Of a stretch of 64,000 nt of DNA, positions 56,804-64,000 are shown in pieces. The notes beneath the pieces are model-generated. The model worked only from the letters and a program-made list of their open reading frames with translations. It was not told the DNA's origin and searched no databases. Position 1 is the stretch's first letter; every line of letters begins with the position of its first letter. Origin of the DNA: Thermotogota bacterium (lineage in GTDB: Bacteria; Thermotogota; Thermotogae; Petrotogales; Petrotogaceae); NCBI GenBank assembly GCA_051748045.1, contig JBNJGY010000003.1:1-64000 (forward strand). Reading direction: 5' to 3'. Both the position numbers and the translations under genes were made by a program.

Positions 56804-58774
56804 ATGGAAGAAAATAAAAAAATATTTGAAATAAAAAAAGAAATACCTAATTTTTTAAAAGATAATTTAGATGAAGAACAGCTTGATGCTGTTTTAAATT
56901 CTAAAGGTAATTCATTAATAATAGCTGGGCCTGGTTCTGGAAAGACTAGAGTTATAACATATAAAATAGCATATTTATTAACTCAAGGTGTAAAAGCTAA
57001 TGAAATAATGTTAGTGACTTTTACAAGAGCTGCAGCTAAGCAAATGACTGAAAGAATTAGAAATGCTACAGATCAAGATATAAGTGGAATTACAGCAGGT
57101 ACATTTCACCATGTATGTAATGCTATTTTGAGAAGATATTCTAAAACAATAGGTTATGAAAATAACTTTTCTATACTAGATGCAGAAGATGCTAAAGATC
57201 TTTTAAAAATAATCAGAAACGAATATAAAGAGGGAATGGGGGAATTAGGTAAAAAATTCCCAAAAGAATCTGTTATACAAAAAGTTATATCTTATGCTTC
57301 TAACACTTTAAAATCTATAAGAGAAAGTATACTAGAAATAGCTCCGTATTTAATAGATTTTGAAAATGACATTGAACATATTTGGGGCAATTATCAAGAA
57401 ATGAAAAAAAATATAAATGCAATGGACTATGATGATTTATTAGTTAATACTGCTCATTTATTATCATTTAACAAAAGGGCACTTAATGATATATCTTCTA
57501 AATATAAGTATGTATTGGTAGATGAATTTCAAGATACAAATAAAATTCAACTTGAAATAGTACAAGCAATTAGTTCTAATTCAAAAAATCTTATAGTAGT
57601 TGGTGATGATTCCCAAAGTATATATTCTTTTAGAGGAGCTAGATATGAAAATGTTGAAGAGTTTATTAAAAGTGAAGATACAAAACTTTTCAAAATCCAA
57701 ACAAATTATAGAAGTACTCCAAACTTAGTTTCTTTTATTAATAAAATGCTTCCAAGTAATTCTGTTGAGAAAAATTTGAAATCTGTTAGAAAAGAATATA
57801 TAAAACCAAACGTCATAGAAACTTTTGATGATCTTGAACAATCTGAAGCTGTATTAAAAATAATAGAGGATAAAATAGATGAAGAAATAGACTTAAACGA
57901 AATAGCAATTCTATATAGATCTCACGCTTTATCTATGACACTTCAACAAAAATTAGATGCAAGACAAATTCCATATAGATTACTATCAGGAAAAAGATTC
58001 ATAGAAACAAAACATATAAAAGATATTTTATCCTTCTTAAAAATATCATACAATCCACATGATAATGTATCTTGGAATAGATCTTTAAAACTTTTTAGTG
58101 GGATAGGTGTCAAGACTGCTTCAAACATCTATAAATCATTAACTTCTCAATTAAAAGAAGGAATAAATATCCTAGATGCATTAGAAAATACAAAACTAAA
58201 AAAATTTAAAGAGCCATATAATTTTTACTATGAACTTTTTGAAAAGAATAAAAACAAGCCAAATGAAATTATAAATTTTGTTTTTGAAGAATTCTATAAA
58301 GAATATTCGAATTTAACTTTCAGAAATTCTGCTTCAAGAAATATGGATATTGAAAGATTTCAGGATATTTCTGCCCAATATGAATCTCTGATGAAATTTT
58401 TAGAAGAAATGACATTGAGTGAAAATATAACAGTAAAATCTGCTGAGAGAGATCAAAAAGATGAACAAATTACTTTAACAACTGTTCATGGAGCAAAAGG
58501 ACTTGAATGGAAAGTAGTAATATTAATTTCTGCCAATCCAGGAGATTTTCCAAATGGAATGGCAATAAAAGAGAAAAAACTAGATGAAGAAGAAAGGCTT
58601 TTTTATGTTGCTATCACAAGGGCGAAAGATGAATTATACATTTTAAAACAAATAACTGGATCAACTAATCCATTTATGAGTAATTCATATGTTTTTGTAA
58701 AAAAAGAACATGATTTTGTTAAAAATATCCCGCAAAATTTAGTAGAAATACTCAGAACGAGTTATAAATATTAA
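56804..58774 (+). CDS. UvrD/PcrA family SF1 DNA helicase
   Basis: AGPGSGKT, VDEFQDTN, GDDSQSIYSFRGA, NYRS, HGAKGLEW and EERLFYVAITRA motifs. Confidence 0.95.
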   Translation: MEENKKIFEIKKEIPNFLKDNLDEEQLDAVLNSKGNSLIIAGPGSGKTRVITYKIAYLLTQGVKANEIMLVTFTRAAAKQMTERIRNATDQDISGITAGTFHHVCNAILRRYSKTIGYENNFSILDAEDAKDLLKIIRNEYKEGMGELGKKFPKESVIQKVISYASNTLKSIRESILEIAPYLIDFENDIEHIWGNYQEMKKNINAMDYDDLLVNTAHLLSFNKRALNDISSKYKYVLVDEFQDTNKIQLEIVQAISSNSKNLIVVGDDSQSIYSFRGARYENVEEFIKSEDTKLFKIQTNYRSTPNLVSFINKMLPSNSVEKNLKSVRKEYIKPNVIETFDDLEQSEAVLKIIEDKIDEEIDLNEIAILYRSHALSMTLQQKLDARQIPYRLLSGKRFIETKHIKDILSFLKISYNPHDNVSWNRSLKLFSGIGVKTASNIYKSLTSQLKEGINILDALENTKLKKFKEPYNFYYELFEKNKNKPNEIINFVFEEFYKEYSNLTFRNSASRNMDIERFQDISAQYESLMKFLEEMTLSENITVKSAERDQKDEQITLTTVHGAKGLEWKVVILISANPGDFPNGMAIKEKKLDEEERLFYVAITRAKDELYILKQITGSTNPFMSNSYVFVKKEHDFVKNIPQNLVEILRTSYKY

Positions 58775-58816
58775 GGTTTATACAAACAATTAAAATATAA
58801 TGTTAACCCAATTTAA

Positions 58817-58845
58817 TTGAAATTTAAAATTTAATAATGTAGAAT
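58817..58845 (+). promoter_or_regulatory. sigma70 promoter of the str operon
   Basis: TTGAAA-N17-TAGAAT. Confidence 0.7.
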
Positions 58846-58891
58846 ATAACGTGGTATTTTAAAAATAAAACGGAAGGAGGGCAAATAATTA

Positions 58892-59266
58892 ATGCCTACT
58901 ATTAATCAATTGATTCGTTTCGGTAGAAAACAATCAACAAAGAAAACAAAATCACCAGCTTTGAAAGCAAATCCTCAAAAAAGAGGAGTTTGTGTAAGAG
59001 TTTCAACTATGACACCTAAAAAACCAAACTCAGCTTTAAGAAAGATCGCAAGGGTTAGACTTTCAAATGGAATTGAAGCAACATCATACATTCCAGGTGA
59101 AGGACACAATCTACAAGAACATTCCAACGTATTGTTAAGAGGTGGAAGAACTAGAGACCTTCCAGGTGTTAGATATAAGGTAATAAGAGGAACATTAGAT
59201 ACAGCTGGAGTTGACGGTAGAAGACAATCAAGAAGTAAATATGGTACAAAGAGACCTAAAGAATAA
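58892..59266 (+). CDS. rpsL: 30S ribosomal protein S12
   Basis: [26 protein letters not shown] and DLPGVRY motifs. Confidence 0.99.
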   Translation: MPTINQLIRFGRKQSTKKTKSPALKANPQKRGVCVRVSTMTPKKPNSALRKIARVRLSNGIEATSYIPGEGHNLQEHSNVLLRGGRTRDLPGVRYKVIRGTLDTAGVDGRRQSRSKYGTKRPKE

Positions 59267-59281
59267 GGAGGGTTGAACTGA

Positions 59282-59749
59282 ATGAGAAGAAGAAGAGCAG
59301 AAAAGAGAAAAATAATCGCTGATCCAATTTATAATGATGAATTGATCACAAAATTAGTTAATAGAGTTATGTTAGATGGACAAAAATCAAAAGCACAAAA
59401 AATAGTTTATGGTGCATTAGAAGTATTAAAAGAAAAAACTGGTGAAGAAGCAGTTGAATCCTTCCATAAAGCTATAGAAAATGTAAAACCTTTGGTAGAA
59501 GTTAGATCAAGAAGAATTGGTGGGGCTACATACCAAGTACCATTTGAAGTAGCTGAAAGAAGAGCATTGTCTCTAGCTTTAAGATGGATTGTAACTTCAG
59601 CTAGAACAAAACAAGGTAGACCAATGATTGACAGATTATCTCAAGAATTAATTGATGCATACAATGGCGTAGGTGCTGCTGTTAAGAGAAAAGATGACGT
59701 TCATAAAATGGCTGATGCTAACAAAGCATTTGCTCACTACAGATGGTAA
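59282..59749 (+). CDS. rpsG: 30S ribosomal protein S7
   Basis: [11 protein letters not shown] and [15 protein letters not shown] motifs. Confidence 0.99.
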   Translation: MRRRRAEKRKIIADPIYNDELITKLVNRVMLDGQKSKAQKIVYGALEVLKEKTGEEAVESFHKAIENVKPLVEVRSRRIGGATYQVPFEVAERRALSLALRWIVTSARTKQGRPMIDRLSQELIDAYNGVGAAVKRKDDVHKMADANKAFAHYRW

Positions 59750-59766
59750 TTTAGGAGGGATTAGAC

Positions 59767-61854
59767 TTGAAAGAGAGAAAATTAACCCTCGATAAAATTA
59801 GAAATATCGGGATTATAGCACATATAGATGCAGGGAAGACAACTACAACCGAAAGAATATTATTTTATACAGGTTCAAAACATAAAATCGGTTCTGTTGA
59901 TGACGGAACTGCAGAAATGGACTGGATGGAACAAGAAAAAGAAAGAGGTATTACAATAACTTCAGCTGCTACTACAGCTTTTTGGAAAGATTATAGAATA
60001 AATATTATTGATACACCCGGTCACGTGGACTTTACTGTAGAAGTTGAAAGGGCTTTAAGAATACTAGATGGAGCCGTTGCGGTATTTGATGCTCAAGTTG
60101 GAGTTGAACCACAATCAGAAACTGTTTGGAGACAAGCAGATAAATATAGTGTACCAAGAATAGCGTTCATGAATAAAATGGACAAAATTGGTGCTAACTT
60201 TTTTAATGCTGTTCAAACTATGGTTGACAAACTTGGAACAAACCCAGTTGCCATGCAAGTACCAATTGGCGCAGAGAATGATTTCAAAGGTGTTGTTGAC
60301 TTAATAACAATGAAAGCTTATGTTTGGAATTCTGAAGATGGAATGGATTTTGAAGAAACAGAAATTCCTGAAGATTTAAAAGATATATCAGAAGAAAAAA
60401 GAGAAGATCTAATAGCAGCAGCAGCTGAATTTGATGAAGAACTAATGGAATTATATATAGGTGGAGAAGAAATAAAAGAAGAACAGTTAAAATCTGCAAT
60501 TAGAAAAGGTACATTAGATAATAATCTAATACCTGTTTATTGTGGAACAGCATTTAAAAACAAAGCAGTACAACCAGTTTTAAATGCCATAGTTGATTTC
60601 TTACCTTCTCCATTAGAAATGCCACCAGTAAATGCATTTGATGAACAAACAGGTGAATTCATAAAAGAAGTCGAGCCAACTAAAAATGAAGATTTCTTAG
60701 CATTAGCGTTTAAAATAATGGTGGATCCTTTTGTTGGTAAATTAACATTTATGAGAGTATATTCTGGTTCATTAGAAAAAGGAAGTTATGTTTTAAATAC
60801 AACAAAAGGGAAAAAAGAAAGAATTTCAAGATTAATGTTCATGCATTCAGATAAGAGAGAAGAAGTAGATTATGTAAGAGCTGGAGACATTGTTGGTGTA
60901 GTAGGTTTAAAAGACACAGCAACTGGAGATACTTTAGCTTCTGAAAGTTCAGACTTAATTCTTGAAAAATTAGAATTTCCTGAACCAGTTATTAGTGTTT
61001 CTATAGAACCTGAGACAAAAAATGATGAACAAAAATTATCTAAAGCTTTAGCAGGACTTACTGATGAAGATCCAAGTCTAACTGCTTATGTAGATCATGA
61101 TACAGGAGAAACGATTCTTTCTGGAATGGGAGAATTACATCTTGAAATTATAGTTGATAGAATAAAAAGGGAACATAAAGTAGACGTAAAGGTTGGTCAA
61201 CCACAAGTTGCTTACAGAGAAACAATCAAACAAGAAGCTGATGTTGAAACAAAATATGTAAGACAATCTGGTGGTAAAGGTCAATATGGACATGTTAAAT
61301 TAAAATTAGAACCATTAGTTACTGATGAAGATAAAAATTTTGAATTTGTTGATAAAATTGTTGGTGGTGTTATTCCTAAAGAATACATACCTGCAGTTCA
61401 AAACGGTATAAAAGAATCAATGCAAAATGGTATATTAGCTGGTTATCCAATGGTTAATGTAAAAGCTACATTATACGATGGATCATATCATGAAGTTGAC
61501 TCTTCTGAAATGGCTTTTAAAATAGCTGGATCAATGGCTTATAAAGATGCTGCTAAAAAAGCAAAACCTGTTTTATTAGAACCTGTAATGAAAGTAGATG
61601 TAACTACTCCAGAAGAATACATGGGAGATATTATAGCTGACTTGAATTCTAGAAGAGGTAGAATAGATGGTTTTGATAATGTAGGTGGTTCTAATACTAG
61701 AATAGTTCATGCTTTTGTTCCTCTTTCAGAATTATTTGGATATGCTACAGCTATGAGATCTCTATCACAAGGAAGAGCAACAAATTCTATACAATTTGCA
61801 AAATATGAAGAAGTTCCAGCCAATGTCGCTGAAAAAATAATAAATCAAGAATAA
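59767..61854 (+). CDS. fusA: Elongation factor G
   Basis: [31 protein letters not shown] and [11 protein letters not shown] motifs; TTG start. Confidence 0.99.
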   Translation: MKERKLTLDKIRNIGIIAHIDAGKTTTTERILFYTGSKHKIGSVDDGTAEMDWMEQEKERGITITSAATTAFWKDYRINIIDTPGHVDFTVEVERALRILDGAVAVFDAQVGVEPQSETVWRQADKYSVPRIAFMNKMDKIGANFFNAVQTMVDKLGTNPVAMQVPIGAENDFKGVVDLITMKAYVWNSEDGMDFEETEIPEDLKDISEEKREDLIAAAAEFDEELMELYIGGEEIKEEQLKSAIRKGTLDNNLIPVYCGTAFKNKAVQPVLNAIVDFLPSPLEMPPVNAFDEQTGEFIKEVEPTKNEDFLALAFKIMVDPFVGKLTFMRVYSGSLEKGSYVLNTTKGKKERISRLMFMHSDKREEVDYVRAGDIVGVVGLKDTATGDTLASESSDLILEKLEFPEPVISVSIEPETKNDEQKLSKALAGLTDEDPSLTAYVDHDTGETILSGMGELHLEIIVDRIKREHKVDVKVGQPQVAYRETIKQEADVETKYVRQSGGKGQYGHVKLKLEPLVTDEDKNFEFVDKIVGGVIPKEYIPAVQNGIKESMQNGILAGYPMVNVKATLYDGSYHEVDSSEMAFKIAGSMAYKDAAKKAKPVLLEPVMKVDVTTPEEYMGDIIADLNSRRGRIDGFDNVGGSNTRIVHAFVPLSELFGYATAMRSLSQGRATNSIQFAKYEEVPANVAEKIINQE

Positions 61855-61859
61855 TTAGG

Positions 61860-61888
61860 TTGAAGTCTATATAAAAATAATGTATAAT
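61860..61888 (+). promoter_or_regulatory. Internal sigma70 promoter for tuf
   Basis: TTGAAG-N17-TATAAT in the fusA-tuf spacer. Confidence 0.75.
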
Positions 61889-61936
61889 TTGAGATGATGT
61901 AAAAATTTTCATTAAATACAAGGAGGGAATCCTAGA

Positions 61937-63136
61937 ATGGCAAAAGAAAAATTTGTAAGAGACAAGGTCCATATGAACATTGGTACAATTGGACATATTG
62001 ACCACGGTAAAACTACATTAACTGCAGCTATAACTAAAAGTTTAGCATTAAAAGGTGGAGCTGATTTTACTCCATTTGATATGATCGATAAAGCCCCAGA
62101 GGAAAGATCAAGAGGTATTACTATCAACGTTACTCATGTTGAATACCAAACAGAAAACAGACATTATGCACATATTGACTGTCCAGGACATGCTGACTAT
62201 ATTAAAAATATGATCACTGGTGCAGCTCAAATGGACGGAGCTATCTTAGTTGTTGCAGCTACTGACGGTGTTATGCCACAAACAAGAGAACATGTTCTTT
62301 TGGCAAGACAAGTTAACGTACCAGCAATAGCTGTATTCATCAATAAAACAGATATGGTTGAAGATGAAGAATTAATCGAATTAGTTGAAATGGAAGTTAG
62401 AGAATTATTATCAAGCTATGAATTCCCAGGTGACGATGTTCCAGTTGTTAAAGGATCAGCTTTAAAAGCATTAGAAGAAGCAGATGATGTTGACGAATGG
62501 AAATCACACATTTATGAATTAATGGATGAAGTTGACGCTTACTTCCCAGAACCAGAAAGAGCAGCTGACCAACCATTCTTAATGCCTATAGAAGATATCT
62601 TCACAATAACAGGAAGAGGAACAGTTGTTACTGGAAGAATCGAAAGAGGTACAGTTCATACAGGTGATGAAATTGAACTTGTAGGAGTTGGAAAAGAAAT
62701 ATCAAAAACAGTATGTACAGGTGTTGAAATGTTCAGAAAAGAACTAGACGAAGGTACAGCTGGAGATAACGTTGGTATTCTTTTAAGAGGTAAAGGAAAA
62801 GATGACGTTAAAAGAGGACAAGTATTAGCTAAACCAGGTTCAATTACTCCTCATAGCAAATTCAAAGCTGAAGTTTATGTATTAAAGAAAGAAGAAGGCG
62901 GAAGACATACACCTTTCACAAAAGGATACAGACCTCAATTCTATATCAGAACAGCTGATGTTACTGGTACTTTAGCAGAATTTGAAGGCGGAGCAGAAAT
63001 GGTTATGCCTGGAGACAATATCACAATGACAATTGAATTAATTTACCCAGTTGCTCTTGAAAACAACATGAGATTCGCGATAAGAGAAGGCGGAAGAACT
63101 GTTGGTGCTGGTGTTGTTACAGAAATAATAGAGTAA
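61937..63136 (+). CDS. tuf: Elongation factor Tu
   Basis: [17 protein letters not shown] and [10 protein letters not shown] motifs. Confidence 0.99.
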   Translation: MAKEKFVRDKVHMNIGTIGHIDHGKTTLTAAITKSLALKGGADFTPFDMIDKAPEERSRGITINVTHVEYQTENRHYAHIDCPGHADYIKNMITGAAQMDGAILVVAATDGVMPQTREHVLLARQVNVPAIAVFINKTDMVEDEELIELVEMEVRELLSSYEFPGDDVPVVKGSALKALEEADDVDEWKSHIYELMDEVDAYFPEPERAADQPFLMPIEDIFTITGRGTVVTGRIERGTVHTGDEIELVGVGKEISKTVCTGVEMFRKELDEGTAGDNVGILLRGKGKDDVKRGQVLAKPGSITPHSKFKAEVYVLKKEEGGRHTPFTKGYRPQFYIRTADVTGTLAEFEGGAEMVMPGDNITMTIELIYPVALENNMRFAIREGGRTVGAGVVTEIIE

Positions 63137-63182
63137 TAAAACAGAATTGAAATAATTTAAAGTTAAAATATTTAAGGATTCC

Positions 63183-63210
63183 GGGGGAGCGGATAGCTCC
63201 CCTTATTATT
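63183..63210 (+). terminator. Terminator/attenuator between tuf and rpsJ
   Basis: GGGGAGC-GGATA-GCTCCCC followed by TTATTATT. Confidence 0.7.
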
Positions 63211-63236
63211 GCAAAAAAGGAGGCGTAGAATACCAT

Positions 63237-63545
63237 ATGGGGAAAAAATTCATAAAGATAAGATTAAAAGCTTATGACCATAGATTATTAGATGATTCTT
63301 CTAAAAAAATAATCGATGCAGTAAAAGATTCAGACGTAAAATTATCTGGTCCAATACCATTACCAGTAGAAAAAAGTGTTTATTCAGTTATAAGATCACC
63401 ACATAAATATTCTTACTCAATGGAACAATTTGAAAAAAGAGTTCATAAAAGAGTTATTTACATATACGATGCTTCATCTGAAACAGTAACTAAACTATTA
63501 AAAGTTAAATTACCAGCAGGTGTTGCAGTAGATATAAAAGCGTAA
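63237..63545 (+). CDS. rpsJ: 30S ribosomal protein S10
   Basis: IRLKAYDHRLLD, GPIPLP and LPAGV motifs. Confidence 0.98.
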   Translation: MGKKFIKIRLKAYDHRLLDDSSKKIIDAVKDSDVKLSGPIPLPVEKSVYSVIRSPHKYSYSMEQFEKRVHKRVIYIYDASSETVTKLLKVKLPAGVAVDIKA

Positions 63546-63580
63546 AAAATTTAATAGATCGGGCTCTGGAGGTGTAATTA

Positions 63581-64000
63581 ATGAAAGGAATTTTAGGTAA
63601 AAAAGTAGGTATGACAAGAGTTTACAAAGACGGAAAGGCTATCCCGGTCACAGTTATCAAAGCTGGACCTTGTTTTGTTGTCCAAAAGAAAAATGTTGAC
63701 AACGACGGATATGAAGCCATTCAAATTGGGTTTGATGAAATCCCTGAAAGAAAAGCAAAAAAACCACTTACAGGACATTTCAAAAAAGCTGAATTGAAAC
63801 CAATGAGACATTTACATGAAATCAAAGTTGAAAACATTGATGATTATGAAATTGGACAAGAAATTAAGGTTAATCTTTTTGAAGAAGGTGACAAAATAGA
63901 TGTTATCGGTACTTCAAAAGGAAAGGGAACAGCTGGACATATTAAAAGATGGAATTTTAGTGGTGGAGAAAAAACTCACGGTTCAAAATTCCATAGAGCA
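63581..64000 (+). CDS. rplC: 50S ribosomal protein L3 (5' part, runs off the window)
   Basis: Hand translation MKGILGKKVGMTRVYKDGKAIPVTVIKAGPC...GTSKGKG...THGSKFHR. Confidence 0.97.
   Translation, partial: MKGILGKKVGMTRVYKDGKAIPVTVIKAGPCFVVQKKNVDNDGYEAIQIGFDEIPERKAKKPLTGHFKKAELKPMRHLHEIKVENIDDYEIGQEIKVNLFEEGDKIDVIGTSKGKGTAGHIKRWNFSGGEKTHGSKFHRA

Overview
This is a very AT-rich (under ~30% GC by eye) bacterial core-genome segment, most likely from a Thermotogota/Petrotogales organism. The assignment rests on the long NusG, the 1644-aa RpoC, the short DnaE, ribU inside the rpmA-rplM cluster and an RR468-like receiver. Left to right it holds: hisS; an amino-sugar/undecaprenyl-P initiation trio; a probable sigma28-driven hypothetical-fliS unit; an LVIVD propeller protein; a STAS protein; a long minus-strand clpC-radA-disA-smpB-ABC-rsuA-ABC-F-GH13 operon; tRNA-Thr/Tyr-rpmG-secE-nusG-rplKAJL-rpoBC; mtnA; an ABC-2 exporter; a minus-strand DUF2344-receiver-PP2C-yebC-hyp-cheR-lspA-rluD-dnaE block; a class A PBP with two degenerate Crp-fold genes; rplU-prp-rpmA-ribU-rplM-rpsI-dnaG-rpoD-uvrD; the str operon; and the start of the S10 operon. 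I found no mobile elements, prophage, CRISPR array or defence system. The best candidates for undescribed biology are: (1) the PBP with a novel two-copy C-terminal repeat, translationally coupled to two degenerate cNMP/Crp-fold proteins; (2) a GC-rich hairpin written into radA codons just after clpC; (3) mosaic codon usage in rpoC; (4) substitutions at antibiotic or functional sites of S12 (K88R), S10 (D60Y, R62M) and L27; (5) the sigma28 promoter hidden in a terminator, driving an uncharacterised protein plus FliS. All family calls are from motif recognition by eye; no searches were run.
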